Positions 35,842-46,419 of a stretch of 64,000 nt of DNA are shown here, piece by piece. Made by a program: the position numbers and the translations under genes. The notes under the pieces were generated by a model that ran no database searches, was not told where the DNA came from, and saw nothing but the letters and a program-made list of their open reading frames with translations. The number at the start of each line of letters is the position of its first letter. Position 1 is the stretch's first letter. Origin of the DNA: Candidatus Latescibacterota bacterium (GTDB lineage: Bacteria; Latescibacterota; UBA2968; UBA8231); assembly GCA_965243025.1 (NCBI GenBank), contig CBDETY010000003.1, forward strand, positions 480,001-544,000, in the 5' to 3' direction.

Positions 35842-37107
35842 ATGGGAAAGAGACGAAAGCTGGGCAGGGGCGTCGCCGTGGTCGGCGCCGGCATGTCGGA
35901 GTTCGGCATGTTCGACGACAGGGACTCGAAGGACCTGTTCACCGACGCCTTCACCGCCATGCTGGCATCGGTCGACAAGGGGGTGGACCCGCGCGACATC
36001 GACGCCCTCTACTTCGGCAACTTCACCAACGACTACTTCGTGGCGCAGTCGCACTGGAGCGCCATCCTGTCCGACGCCGTCGGGCTGGTGCCGAAGCCGG
36101 CGACCCGCACCGAGGGGGCCTGCGCCTCGAGCGCTCTCGCCTTCCGGGAGGGCGCGTTCGCCATCGCCTCGGGGTTCTACGACATGGTGCTGGTCGGCGG
36201 CGTCGAGGAGATGTCGAAGCGCACCACCGCCGAGGTGGCCGAGGGGCTCGCCCTGGCCGCGGTCCCGTACGAGCGCAAGGCCGGGTTCACCTTCCCCGGG
36301 GTGTTCGGCACCATCGCCACCGCCTACTTCGACCGGCACGGGGCCGGCCGCGAGCACCTGATGAACGTCACCATCAAGAGCCACGAGAACGCCGCCCTCA
36401 ATCCCAGGGCCCAGTTCAACCAGTCGATCCGCGACATCATGAAGGGGAAAGCGGAGCGCGCCCGGGCGAAGGGGGAGCCCGTTCCCGAATGGGCCGACGA
36501 AAAAGAGTTCCTCCGGGATGCCAAGGCCAACCCCGCGGTCGCCTGGCCCATCCACCTGTTCGACTGCTGCCCGATAAGCGACGGGGCCGCCTGCCTGCTG
36601 CTCGTCGGCGAGGAGATGGCCTCCAGCTTCACCGACGCCCCGCTCCACGTCGCCGGCCTCGGCCAGGGAAGCGGCCGGGGCCTGCACGCGGCGGAGGACC
36701 TGACCAGCTTCGAGGCGACGCGGGCGGCCGCGGCCGAGGCCTACGACATGGCCGGCATCGGTCCGGGGGAGATCGACCTGGCCGAGGTGCACGACTGCTT
36801 CTCGATAGCCGAGCTGATCCATATCGAGGACCTCGGCTTCTTCGAGCCGGGGCAGGGGTGCCGGGCTGCTGCGGACGGCCAGACCCGTCTCGACGCCGCA
36901 ATGCCCGTCAACACCTCAGGCGGGCTCAAGTGCAAGGGGCACCCGGTGGGGGCCACCGGCTCGGCGCAGCTGATCGAGATCTGGGAGCAGCTGCGGCAGC
37001 AGGCGGGAGAGCGGCAGGCCGGCAGCGGCGATTTGCGCTTCGGGGCCGCCCACAACCTCGGCGGCACCGGCGGCACCTGCACCTACACAATCCTGGAGCG
37101 GAGGTAG
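35842..37107 (+). CDS. SCP-x/archaeal-type thiolase
   Basis: EGACASS, EVHDCF, VNTSGGL..GHPVGATG, HNLGG. Confidence 0.9.
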   Translation: MGKRRKLGRGVAVVGAGMSEFGMFDDRDSKDLFTDAFTAMLASVDKGVDPRDIDALYFGNFTNDYFVAQSHWSAILSDAVGLVPKPATRTEGACASSALAFREGAFAIASGFYDMVLVGGVEEMSKRTTAEVAEGLALAAVPYERKAGFTFPGVFGTIATAYFDRHGAGREHLMNVTIKSHENAALNPRAQFNQSIRDIMKGKAERARAKGEPVPEWADEKEFLRDAKANPAVAWPIHLFDCCPISDGAACLLLVGEEMASSFTDAPLHVAGLGQGSGRGLHAAEDLTSFEATRAAAAEAYDMAGIGPGEIDLAEVHDCFSIAELIHIEDLGFFEPGQGCRAAADGQTRLDAAMPVNTSGGLKCKGHPVGATGSAQLIEIWEQLRQQAGERQAGSGDLRFGAAHNLGGTGGTCTYTILERR

Positions 37108-37109
37108 CT

Positions 37110-37538
37110 ATGTCCGGGGCGGCGGCCGCCCGGCCGGTCAACGACCACTCGTTCGAGCGCTTCCTCGGCGAGGAGAAGCTGATGGGGGCGCGCTGCCGTT
37201 CCTGCGCGGCTCTCTACGTGCCGCCGCGGGCGCTCTGCCCCCGCTGCTTCGGCACCGGCATGGAGTGGGAGCAGATGCGGGGGACCGGGACCCTGGCCGG
37301 GTTCACGAGCATCGCCATCGGGCCGCGGTTCATGGCCGAGGAGGGGTACGGCCGCGGCAACCCCTACTGCACCGGGGTGGTAGAGCTGCGGGAAGGGGCG
37401 CGGGTCGTCGCCCGCATCGAGGGGGTCGACCCGGGGGCGCCGGAAGCCCTGGCGGTCGGCACCCCGGTGAAGGTGAAGTTTCTGCACTGGGACGGAGCCG
37501 GCGGGCAGCGGACCTTCCTCGCCTTCGAGCCGGTGTGA
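37110..37538 (+). CDS. DUF35 Zn-ribbon/OB-fold protein (thiolase partner)
   Basis: CRSC..PPRALCPRC, PY..GVVELREG. Directly follows the thiolase. Confidence 0.9.
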   Translation: MSGAAAARPVNDHSFERFLGEEKLMGARCRSCAALYVPPRALCPRCFGTGMEWEQMRGTGTLAGFTSIAIGPRFMAEEGYGRGNPYCTGVVELREGARVVARIEGVDPGAPEALAVGTPVKVKFLHWDGAGGQRTFLAFEPV

Positions 37539-37641
37539 GGACTACCCTTCGTCCCATTCCGTCCCAGAACCTCACAGCAAATCGATTATAATCGGGCCGC
37601 CGTGACCCCGCGCTGCCGTTCAGACCCGGACAGCCCTTACT

Positions 37642-38016
37642 TCACGACATGATGGCGTAGGCTTCGATCTCGACGAACAGGTGCGGTTTCAGGAGCGCGG
37701 CGATGACCACCATGGTCGATGCCGGCATGACGCCGCCGAAGGCCTCTCCGTGGGCGCGCGTCACCCCGTCGGCGTGTTCGACGCCGGTGATGTAGACGAC
37801 GGTGCGCACGACGTCGGCGAGCGAAGCCCCGGCCTCGGCGAGGGCGTTCTCGATGATCCGCAGGGCCGCGGCGGCCTGCTCGTATGCGTTCCCCGTGTCG
37901 TGCGGCGGCTGGGCGCAGGTGCCGGCGACGTGGATCTGTTCGCCTACCCTGACGGCGCGCGAGTACCCGTAGGCCGCGGGGAATTCTCCCGGCGCGGGGA
38001 TGTTCTTGCGTTGCAT
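37642..38016 (-). CDS. RidA/YjgF family protein
   Basis: GYSRAVRVG..VAG, DVVRT, PAST..L..VEIEA. Confidence 0.88.
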   Translation of the reverse strand: MQRKNIPAPGEFPAAYGYSRAVRVGEQIHVAGTCAQPPHDTGNAYEQAAAALRIIENALAEAGASLADVVRTVVYITGVEHADGVTRAHGEAFGGVMPASTMVVIAALLKPHLFVEIEAYAIMS

Positions 38017-38066
38017 CGGCTCCTCCTCTTCGTTTCAGCGCTGACAATCGAAAGAAAGGACTCAAT

Positions 38067-39080
38067 ATGGGCCATTACGTCTACGTTCCCACAGCCGGCG
38101 AACCGAGGCTGATGATCCTCGAGCTCGACCCGGCCTCGGGAGGCCTGACCCCGAAGGGGGAGATCGAGCTGCGCGCCCCCGGGGGTGCCATGTGCACGGA
38201 CCCGGACCGGAGGTTCCTGTACGTGGCGACCCGGGAGGAGTCGGACATCGCCGTCGCCACCTGCCGCATCGACTCGGACGGCGGCCTCGCCCCGGTCGGC
38301 GAGGTCGATTTCGAGGGCTGCTACCCCTGCTACCTGGCGACGGACCGCCGCGGCCGCTTCCTGCTGGCTGCCTACTACAGCGACGGCCTGGTCACCGTGC
38401 ACCCGATCGGCAGCGACGGGGCCGCCTGCGGGCCTCCCGCCGACCTCCATGAAACCGAGCGCTTCGCCCACTGGGTGGCGACCGACCCGTCCAACCGCTA
38501 CGCCTTCGTGCCCCACGTCGAGAGCGCCAACGCCGTCTACCAGTTCCTGTTCGACGAGGACACCGGCAGGCTGACCCCCAACGGCAAGACCGCGGCCGGC
38601 CCCGGACAGGGTCCGCGCCACATGGCCTTCCACCCCCGGCTCGACGTGATGTACGCCGACAACGAGCAGGAGTGCAGCGTCACCGTGTACCGCCTCGACC
38701 CGGACAGCGGCAAGCTCGAGGCGGTGCAGACCGAGTCGACCCTGCCTGCCGGCGGGTTCGAGGGGGAGAAGTCGAACGCCCAGCTCCACCTGCACCCGGA
38801 CGGGCGCGCCGTGTACGCCTCGAACCGGGGGCCGGACAGCATCGCCATGTTCGCCGTGGACCCGGGAAGCGGCGCCATCGCCTCCCTGGGGCAGCAGCCT
38901 GCCGGCGAGATGCCCCGCTCCTTCGGGATCGACGCCGACGGCGGCTACCTGCTCTCGGGAGCCGACAGGTCCAACACCCTGATCTCGTTCGCCATCGACG
39001 GACAGGGCGCCCTCGAGCCGGCAGCCGAGTACGACGTCGGCGCCCCGTGCGCGTGGGTGCTTCCCGTAAAGGTGGAATAG
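38067..39080 (+). CDS. Lactonase (6-phosphogluconolactonase/cycloisomerase 2 family)
   Basis: AH.V.TDP, GPRHMAFHP, YASNRGPDSI, PRSF. Confidence 0.9.
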   Translation: MGHYVYVPTAGEPRLMILELDPASGGLTPKGEIELRAPGGAMCTDPDRRFLYVATREESDIAVATCRIDSDGGLAPVGEVDFEGCYPCYLATDRRGRFLLAAYYSDGLVTVHPIGSDGAACGPPADLHETERFAHWVATDPSNRYAFVPHVESANAVYQFLFDEDTGRLTPNGKTAAGPGQGPRHMAFHPRLDVMYADNEQECSVTVYRLDPDSGKLEAVQTESTLPAGGFEGEKSNAQLHLHPDGRAVYASNRGPDSIAMFAVDPGSGAIASLGQQPAGEMPRSFGIDADGGYLLSGADRSNTLISFAIDGQGALEPAAEYDVGAPCAWVLPVKVE

Positions 39081-39084
39081 GCGC

Positions 39085-40191
39085 ATGAAAATCACCGACG
39101 TTACCATCGACTGCTACGCCTGGCCGAAGCCGAAGCCGATCAGCAACGGCAAGTACACCTACAGGACGGTGGTGCTCAACCTCGTGAACGTGCACACCGA
39201 CGAAGGCCTGTCGGGAATCGGCTGGGGCGGAGGCACCGCGGCCACCCGCCCCGGGGCGGTCGGCGAGGCCCTGGTCGCCCACTTCCGGGAGGCCCTGATC
39301 GGGGAGGACCCCTTCGCCTACCGCCGCATCTGGGAGAACATGTGGCTGCCGAAGATCGTCGGTCGCCGCGGCATGTCGACGCACATCATCAGCGCCATCG
39401 ACATCGCCCTGTGGGACCTGATGGGGAAGGCCCTGAATAAACCGGTGCACAAGCTGCTGGGGGGGTTCACCGACCGCATCCCCGCATACGTCGCCGGGGG
39501 CTACTACGAGGAGGGGAAGGGGCTGAAGGAGCTGGCCCGGGAGATGGAGGAGAGCCTCGATCTCGGGGCCAGGGCGGTGAAGATGAAGGTCGGGGCGGTC
39601 CCGATAAACGAGGACGTCGAGCGCGTGCGGGTGGTGCGCGAGGCGATCGGCCCGGACATCAAGCTGCTCGTCGACGCCAACAACGCCTACGCCGCGTACG
39701 AGGCGATCGAGCTGGCGCGGAAGATCGAGCCGTTCGACGTCTTCTGGTTCGAGGAGCCGGTGGCCCCCGACGACTACCGCGGCCACGCCCAGGTGGCGAA
39801 GGCGACGGCGATCCCGATAGCCACCGGCGAGAACGAGTACACCCGCTACGGCTTCCGCGACCTCATCGAGCACGAGTCGGCCGCCATCTTCAACGCCGAC
39901 GCCCAGATCCTGGGGGGCATCACCGAGTTCATGAACGTCGCCGCCCTGGCCGCGGCGCAGGACCTGCGCATCGCCCCGCACGGCGCCCAGGAGATCCACA
40001 TCCACCTGGTGGCGGCGATCGCCAACGGCCTGATCCTCGAGTTCTACCGCGAGACCGTCGACCCGCTGCGGGGCCGCATCTTCAAGGAGCCGCTCAAGCT
40101 CGACGCCGAGGGCTGCGTGGCCGTGCCGGACCGCCCCGGCCTGGGGATGGAGCCGGACTACGAGCTGCTCGCGCAGTACCGCTCCGGCTAG
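39085..40191 (+). CDS. Mandelate racemase/muconate lactonizing enzyme family
   Basis: SAIDIALWDL.GK, KMK, VDAN, WFEEP, GENE, APH, PGLG. Confidence 0.92.
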   Translation: MKITDVTIDCYAWPKPKPISNGKYTYRTVVLNLVNVHTDEGLSGIGWGGGTAATRPGAVGEALVAHFREALIGEDPFAYRRIWENMWLPKIVGRRGMSTHIISAIDIALWDLMGKALNKPVHKLLGGFTDRIPAYVAGGYYEEGKGLKELAREMEESLDLGARAVKMKVGAVPINEDVERVRVVREAIGPDIKLLVDANNAYAAYEAIELARKIEPFDVFWFEEPVAPDDYRGHAQVAKATAIPIATGENEYTRYGFRDLIEHESAAIFNADAQILGGITEFMNVAALAAAQDLRIAPHGAQEIHIHLVAAIANGLILEFYRETVDPLRGRIFKEPLKLDAEGCVAVPDRPGLGMEPDYELLAQYRSG

Positions 40192-40368
40192 CCCCCCGGC
40201 GCCGCGGCCCCCGGGGGCAGGGGCCAGCCGGTCGGCAGCAACCAGGTCGATGGCGAATTCACCCGGATAACGAGCTGCAGGACTCGGGTTGGCGCCTTCG
40301 GGCAACCGCCGGATTCACGCCGAATCAGCGGCCGCAGGCACTGGTTCTCCGGCAGGACCCCGCCGCGT

Positions 40369-40884
40369 TCATTCGTCATCCGGCGGGCCGGACTGGCCCT
40401 TTCTCCCGGCCAGGTCCCGGTCCATGAGGAAGATGCCGTCGCGGCTCTCGATGATCAGCTCCATGTCGCTGACGATCTGGCGGACTATGGCCTCTTCCTC
40501 GACCTGCTCGTTGACGAACCACTGCATGAAGGTGTGGGTGGCGTGGTCGCGCTCGGCGAGGGCGGCGTCCACTACCTCGTAGATCCTGTCGCTCAGGGCC
40601 CGCTCGCCCTCGAGGGCGAACTTGAAGGCCTCCAGGGGGGAGTTCCACTCGATCTGCGGCGACGTCACCGCCTGCAGGCGCACGCGGCCGTCGCGGTCGT
40701 TGATGAAGGCGTAGATCTTCTCCGCGTGCATCAGCTCCTCGTGGTACTGGATCTTCATCCAGTGGGCGAAACCGTTGAGCTCGAGGTCCTCGAAGTAGGC
40801 GGCCAGCGACAGGTAGGTGTAGGCGGAGAAAAACTCGGAGTTGAGCTGGTCGTTGAGGGCCTGCTGGATCTTTTCGCTGAGCAT
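40369..40884 (-). CDS. ftnA: Non-heme ferritin
   Basis: LNDQLNSEFFSAYTYL, EELMHA, E..S, D.AT..FMQWFVNEQVEEE. Confidence 0.92.
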   Translation of the reverse strand: MLSEKIQQALNDQLNSEFFSAYTYLSLAAYFEDLELNGFAHWMKIQYHEELMHAEKIYAFINDRDGRVRLQAVTSPQIEWNSPLEAFKFALEGERALSDRIYEVVDAALAERDHATHTFMQWFVNEQVEEEAIVRQIVSDMELIIESRDGIFLMDRDLAGRKGQSGPPDDE

Positions 40885-40975
40885 TCCTGTTCCTTTCCAG
40901 GCAAGTGTTCGGCCGCTGTCCGGGCTCCCGGAGCCCCGGGGGAAGCGGTCGGTTCCATTCTGCAGCCCGGTAAAC

Positions 40976-42559
40976 TTACGGCCTGAAGGCCGTCTGCACC
41001 CCGTACTGCTCGTCGTCCCTGAGGGCGTTCCGGTGTTTGAGGTACTCGACCACCAGGAAGACGTCGTGCACGGAGACCGGGTCGACGAGGCGCTCGTCCT
41101 TCTTCAGCAGCTCGACGCGCAGCTCGTTGGTTCCTTGCTTCGGTACCCTGCCCCTGCTCAGGTCGACGTGCAGGCGGTACCCCCGGGTGCCCGCCCCGGG
41201 GCGCATCTGGAAGACGTAGTCGGCTCTGCGGATCTCGCCGCCGTCGATCTCGCCGCCGTTCCAGAACAGGCGAACCTCGTCCTCATGCAGCATCTCGTGC
41301 ATCATCACCCGCAGCTCGCAGCGCCAAAGCTCGCCGGCCTCCTGCCTGGCGGCGATGTCGTCGGCGACGTCGAGGGTCACCGTCCGCGACTCGCCCGGGG
41401 CGAGTTGGTGCGGCAGCTGCTCGCTGAGCCCGTAGGTGACCGCCCCGGAGCGGTCGGGGCCCGGGCCGACGTAGAAGGTCTTGTCCCTGTGGGCGAAGAT
41501 GTCGGGGTAGGCGAGGCAGCGCAGGCGGGCGTAATCCTCGGCGGTGTAGGGATAGCGGTGGGGAGCCGGGTAGTAGCGGTGGTAGAGGATGCCCCGGGCG
41601 CCGGCATCGTAGGCGTTGGCGACCGCGGCGTTGTGAACGAGCGGGCCCTGCTCCTCGCCGATGCTGTCGAGGCCGGCGATCAGGGTCACCTCCGTGCCCC
41701 GGGTGAGCTCGGCGAGCTCGCGCAGCCGCGAGGTCTCGCTGGAGAAGTCACCGCCCACCGGCATGGCGATCAGGGTGTCGATCAGCCCCTCTCCCACCCA
41801 GGCGGCCAGGTCGTGCCCCATCGCCAGGTTGCCCGAGAGCGTGGCGGCCGCCCTGACGACGAGGCGCTTGCGGCGGCCCTGCCGTTCCGCTTCCCGGTCG
41901 CAGGCCTCGCGGATCTCGCGCACCCACTCGGTCAGCGTCGCCGTGTGCCCGGCGACTTCGCGGCGGGCGATGAAGGGGGCGTAGGTGTGGAAGTTGACCT
42001 CGATGCCGTCGGCGGGGTAGCGGCCCAGCAGCTCGCGCACGATCGCCATGCGGTTCTCGCGCACCTCGGGCACAGCGAAGGACAAGCGCCTCGGGTTGTC
42101 GAACTCCGCCTCGGGACAGTCCGGTTCCTCCCCCACCTGCCATTCGGGGTGCGCCCTCTCGAACTCGGAGACGCGGCAGTCGCTGACGCGGTCGTACGGG
42201 GTGTGGTGAAGGTTGAGCAGCAGGTGCGGCAGGAAGCGGAAGCCGCGCGACCGGGCGTGCTCGCAGACCACCATCAGCGGGTCGTGTCCGGCGGCGAGGA
42301 AGGCCTCGAAGTTCTGCGAGGCCCGGTACCAGACCTCGTGGTCGGCGAGCTCGACGTTGTGCCCCCAGCGCTCGCCGGCCTCGGTGGCGTAGAGGAGGAC
42401 GGCGCAGTCGCCGACGACGTAGCTGATGGTATCGATGCCGAGATCGAGGACCTCGTCGATCGGCTCGACGTACTGGCGGATGCCCATCGGCGGCTCGTAC
42501 AGGTAGACGCTAGAGTGGCGTCCGTCGGTCTCGAAAAGGATTTCATGCTGTTCGCTCAT
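40976..42559 (-). CDS. GHL10-like TIM-barrel hypothetical protein
   Basis: HPEW..LSFAVPEVRE..ELL.RY..DGIEVNF, followed by a beta-sandwich-like C-terminal region. Confidence 0.65.
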   Translation of the reverse strand: MSEQHEILFETDGRHSSVYLYEPPMGIRQYVEPIDEVLDLGIDTISYVVGDCAVLLYATEAGERWGHNVELADHEVWYRASQNFEAFLAAGHDPLMVVCEHARSRGFRFLPHLLLNLHHTPYDRVSDCRVSEFERAHPEWQVGEEPDCPEAEFDNPRRLSFAVPEVRENRMAIVRELLGRYPADGIEVNFHTYAPFIARREVAGHTATLTEWVREIREACDREAERQGRRKRLVVRAAATLSGNLAMGHDLAAWVGEGLIDTLIAMPVGGDFSSETSRLRELAELTRGTEVTLIAGLDSIGEEQGPLVHNAAVANAYDAGARGILYHRYYPAPHRYPYTAEDYARLRCLAYPDIFAHRDKTFYVGPGPDRSGAVTYGLSEQLPHQLAPGESRTVTLDVADDIAARQEAGELWRCELRVMMHEMLHEDEVRLFWNGGEIDGGEIRRADYVFQMRPGAGTRGYRLHVDLSRGRVPKQGTNELRVELLKKDERLVDPVSVHDVFLVVEYLKHRNALRDDEQYGVQTAFRP

Positions 42560-42746
42560 CTCTCTTGACCTCCGTTTTCATTCGGTGTTTGTTGCCGCCC
42601 GGAAGCCATGCGGGCCCTCCGGTCCCCGGGGGGAATCGCGATCGGATTCCCGCTACAGACTTCACCCGACGAAGTTTTCCTCCATCTCCGCAAAACCTTC
42701 GAAACCTGCACATCGGCCCAACGCGCGACAACCTCGGAGCCCACCC

Positions 42747-43535
42747 ATGCTGACCCGGCAACAGATCGACTTCTTCGAAACCTTCGGCTTCCTCTGCCTG
42801 CGGCGGCTTTACTCCACGGAGGAGATGGCCGGGATCATCCGGGAGGTGGACGAACTGCTGGCCGCCAACGCCGGCAGGCGCACGGGACCCAGCCACCAGT
42901 CGGTCTCCAATTTCGTCGAGATGGGAACGAGGCTGGCGCGCCTGCCCGAGGAGGACCGCATCCACGGGCCGGTCGGGCAGCTGCTCGGGGAGGGGTTCGT
43001 CTGGGGCAACTCCGAGGGGGTGTCGGGCAGTTTCAACGAGACCAACGACCACCAGTGGCACAGCGACCGCGCCGGCCAGATCGACCTGAACTACAGACGC
43101 CTCAAGATCATGATCTACCTGCAGCCGATGCGCCGCGAGACCGGGGCCCTGCGGGTCATCCCCGGGTCCCACCACGCCCCCTTCCACCGCGGGCTTCTGT
43201 GCCTTCAGTCCCAGCAGAAGGGATCGGCGAAGGCGGCCTTCGGCGTCGAAGGGAGCGAGCTCTGCTCTCACGCCCTCGAGGTCGACCCGGGGGATGCCGT
43301 CCTCTTCGACCACTACCTCTACCACGCGGTGTACGGCAAGCAGAGCGTGCGGCGCTACATCGCCCTGAAGTTCGCCGCCAGGCCGGAGACCGAGACCCAC
43401 TACGAGGCGTTGGGGCCGCATAACCAGGACGCCTCGAGCCTGCACGACAGCTACCGCAACAGCGACAGGCCTCGCATCCAGGAGATGGTGAAGGGGCTGC
43501 TGGAGTGGGAGGAGAAGCTCGGCCAGGCCCTGTGA
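42747..43535 (+). CDS. PhyH-family dioxygenase
   Basis: FFETFGFL, WHSD, GALRVIPGSH, PGDAVLFD..LYHA. Confidence 0.9.
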   Translation: MLTRQQIDFFETFGFLCLRRLYSTEEMAGIIREVDELLAANAGRRTGPSHQSVSNFVEMGTRLARLPEEDRIHGPVGQLLGEGFVWGNSEGVSGSFNETNDHQWHSDRAGQIDLNYRRLKIMIYLQPMRRETGALRVIPGSHHAPFHRGLLCLQSQQKGSAKAAFGVEGSELCSHALEVDPGDAVLFDHYLYHAVYGKQSVRRYIALKFAARPETETHYEALGPHNQDASSLHDSYRNSDRPRIQEMVKGLLEWEEKLGQAL

Positions 43536-43656
43536 GCTTTCGTCATCCAGGCGCTGGCGGAGCGGCCCGGGGCGCGAGGCCGGAGAAAGATTCCCCGGCC
43601 GGGCAGGCCGCGGGAGGGCCGGCCGCCGTAAGCTCCGGCCGGGATTTACCGCCGGC

Positions 43657-44841
43657 CTAGGCCGCCCAGCCGGCGACGAAGTCGTCGACCTGGAACGGCG
43701 GCATGTCCTCGAAATAGTGGTGCATGGGCTCGCGGTTCTGGTACCCCGGCGCGAACTGCTTCCCGTCGGCGCGCAGGCCGCGGTCGAGGGGGCCGAACCT
43801 GCGCCAGATTTCTTCCGCTTCTCCCGCGCTGAAGCGCTCGGCGAACTGCGGTCCCCAGTTGATGGTGATAGAGTGCTCGCCGTCGGCCGCCCACCGCGGC
43901 AGCTCCGAGCCAGGTGGCTGCTTGAGGACGTGCACGTGGTAGGCGGCTTTCGACAGGTAGACCGTCAGCACCAGCTTCCCCTTGTTTCCCGCCCCCGGCT
44001 GCAGGCCCTCGACCGCTTCGTGAAAAGCCGCCCCGTCGCCGTTCAGCACCCCCCGCAGGGCCTGCTCGGTCAGGTCCTGGGCCCTGGCGCTGCCCCGGTC
44101 CCAGGACTCGAAGGCGGTGCGGCCTTCGGGGGAGAGCTGTTGCATGAAGCCGGTGTCGGCGTAGTAGGGAAAGATGCTGTGGCCCCCGTGGGCGGTGCGG
44201 CGCCGGGTGGTGCTGTAGTTGCTGCCCCAGTGCAGGAGGAAGTTGGAGTAGACGACGCCGTCCCCGGCGGCCAGCTCGATCGGCACGCCCCCGGGGAGCG
44301 GCTCGCGCGGGTTCTTTTTGAGCTGCCGGTCCTCCTCGGCGGTGTTGAGGCGAATGTGGCTTCCAGGCACCGCCCAGAAGACGACGTCGTCGTAGAGCGG
44401 GATGTTCCACTGCAGGTACCTGGGGCCGTTCTCCATCAGGTCCCGCTGCAGCACCGCCATCGGCGCCATGTCGAGGGGGTGGATGTCGCGGTGCCAGGCC
44501 GCCGGGCCGTGGTCCCGCTGCGGGCTGCACATCAGCATCATGCCCGCGACGGAGGCCCGCTCCGGGACGCTCAGCAGCTGGCGGGCGACCCCGAGGGTGT
44601 TCTCCCGCTGCCAGAGCTCGACGGTGCCGGCGGTCGCCGGGTCGATCAGGCGTTCGTAGTGGACGAGCCGGGGCTGGGCACCGGTCTCCCAGGTATCGCT
44701 GTTCTCCGCCGCCCAGGCCGCCTTCTGGCGCTCCACCAGGGTCTCGAACTGCACCCTGAGGTCTTCGAGCTCGTCCGGGGGGATGACGTTGGGAAAGATG
44801 ATGAAACCGTTGTCGAGCAGCTCCTGACGGTCGACTTTCAC
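43657..44841 (-). CDS. PhyH-family dioxygenase with C-terminal extension
   Basis: WHRD, AVPGSH, AGDGVVY..LHWG. GTG start after GGAG. Confidence 0.85.
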   Translation of the reverse strand: MKVDRQELLDNGFIIFPNVIPPDELEDLRVQFETLVERQKAAWAAENSDTWETGAQPRLVHYERLIDPATAGTVELWQRENTLGVARQLLSVPERASVAGMMLMCSPQRDHGPAAWHRDIHPLDMAPMAVLQRDLMENGPRYLQWNIPLYDDVVFWAVPGSHIRLNTAEEDRQLKKNPREPLPGGVPIELAAGDGVVYSNFLLHWGSNYSTTRRRTAHGGHSIFPYYADTGFMQQLSPEGRTAFESWDRGSARAQDLTEQALRGVLNGDGAAFHEAVEGLQPGAGNKGKLVLTVYLSKAAYHVHVLKQPPGSELPRWAADGEHSITINWGPQFAERFSAGEAEEIWRRFGPLDRGLRADGKQFAPGYQNREPMHHYFEDMPPFQVDDFVAGWAA

Positions 44842-45118
44842 GAGGTTGCTCCCGAATCGATGAGGGTGGTCGTGCCCCGCCTGCCGGGCATGGCGCCGGG
44901 GGGCAGAGGGATGTTCGAATACATTGCAGGGGGCCTGGACAGACAAAGTACTGGCAGCTTGCTGTAACAGTCCATCCGGGCTGCCGCCGGCCCGGGCGGT
45001 CGCGAACCCTTCGCATTGCCGCCCGCCCGGCAACCGTCCCTGACCGAATGAACCACCACAATTCCACCAGTTCCCCTCGATCGGGGATGCCGAAGGGCCC
45101 TCGCGGCCCCCGACCGGG

Positions 45119-46288
45119 TTGCTGAAGCCCGCCTTGTCCACCGACGGACGGTCCCGCCGCGGCATCGAGCTGTTCTGCTGGTACACGATGGCGACGGGAA
45201 GCGCCATCGTCGTCGGCCCCGCCGCCTGCCTCGGCGCCATCGCCGCCGAGCTCGGCATGACCTCGGAGACGCAGATGGGCCTGTTCCTCGGGCTCCCGTT
45301 CTGGGGCCTGGGGACGGTAACCCTGTTCTCCGGCTGGCTCGCCGAGCGGCTCGGGTACCGCCGCATGCTCGCCGCCTCCGCCCTGATCCAGGCGGCCGGG
45401 TACCTGCTCGTCTCGGCGGCCGAAACCATGCCGCAGGCGTTCGCCGCCATCCTCCTGGCCGGCCTCGGGCGCGGCATGCCCGCGGCCCCGCTGAACGCCC
45501 TGCTCTGCTCCCTGCATCCCGGCAACCGGACCGGGGCGATGAACGTCTTCCACGCCTTCTTCTACGTCGGCATGGTGGTGATCTCCGGGCTGGTCCTGGG
45601 GATGTTCGCCCTCGGTTGGGAGTGGCGCCGGGTCTTCGGTTCCTTCGCCGTCCTGGTGCTCGTCTTCGGCGCGGGGGCCTTGCTGGTGCGGTTCCCGCGG
45701 CCGCAGGCGGACGCCCCGGGCCGTCTCGACCTGCGCTTCCTGCTGCGGCAGCCGGCCTTCGCCTGGATCGGGCTCGCCATCCTGTTTTCCGCGGTCACCG
45801 AGATCGGGCCGTCCACCTGGTTCCCCTACTTCATCGAGAAGGCGGCCGGCAGCAGCCACTCACTCGGGGTGCTCAGCCTGGTGCTGCTGGGAACGACGAT
45901 GGCGGCGGGCCGTCTGGGGTGCGCGCGCATGGTGGCCCGGGTCGGCGTCCACGCGGTGCTGACCGCCTGCTGCCTGCTCAGCGCCGCCAGCATCCTGCTC
46001 GCCGCCCTGCCGGTCGGGACCTCCTTCACCGTCTTCTGGCTGACCGTGCTCGGGCTCGCCATCACCGTCAGCTACCCGACCGCGGTCGCCTGCGCCGGGG
46101 ACCGCTTTCCAGGCGCCACCCCCTCGATGTACGCGCTGCTCAACGGCGCCGCCCACGTCGGCGGCGTCGCCGGACCGGCGCTGATCGGGGCGGTGGCCGA
46201 GGCCGTGGGCCTGCGCCCGGCCATGGGGGTGGTGGCGCTGGCGCCGCTCTGCCTGCTGTTCGCGGTCAAACGCGCCCTGCAGCGCTGA
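45119..46288 (+). CDS. MFS transporter
   Basis: About 12 TM segments; motif A SGWLAERLGYRR. Confidence 0.85.
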   Translation: MLKPALSTDGRSRRGIELFCWYTMATGSAIVVGPAACLGAIAAELGMTSETQMGLFLGLPFWGLGTVTLFSGWLAERLGYRRMLAASALIQAAGYLLVSAAETMPQAFAAILLAGLGRGMPAAPLNALLCSLHPGNRTGAMNVFHAFFYVGMVVISGLVLGMFALGWEWRRVFGSFAVLVLVFGAGALLVRFPRPQADAPGRLDLRFLLRQPAFAWIGLAILFSAVTEIGPSTWFPYFIEKAAGSSHSLGVLSLVLLGTTMAAGRLGCARMVARVGVHAVLTACCLLSAASILLAALPVGTSFTVFWLTVLGLAITVSYPTAVACAGDRFPGATPSMYALLNGAAHVGGVAGPALIGAVAEAVGLRPAMGVVALAPLCLLFAVKRALQR

Positions 46289-46314
46289 AGCCGATTTCCG
46301 TCCAGGTGGACTTT

Positions 46315-46330
46315 GGGCACAGCCTTTGCA
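46315..46330 (+). promoter_or_regulatory. Putative sigma54 promoter C
   Basis: GGGCACAGCCTTTGCA fits GG-N10-GC, about 90 bp upstream of the WGRIK-tail gene. Confidence 0.6.
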
Positions 46331-46419
46331 GAATGGCCATGAAAAGACCAAGTTCTTCGGACCAAGTCGGGAAAGGATGCAATGCCCACCGTCCGTCCAA
46401 CCCTAAGGAAAGAGGTGAC

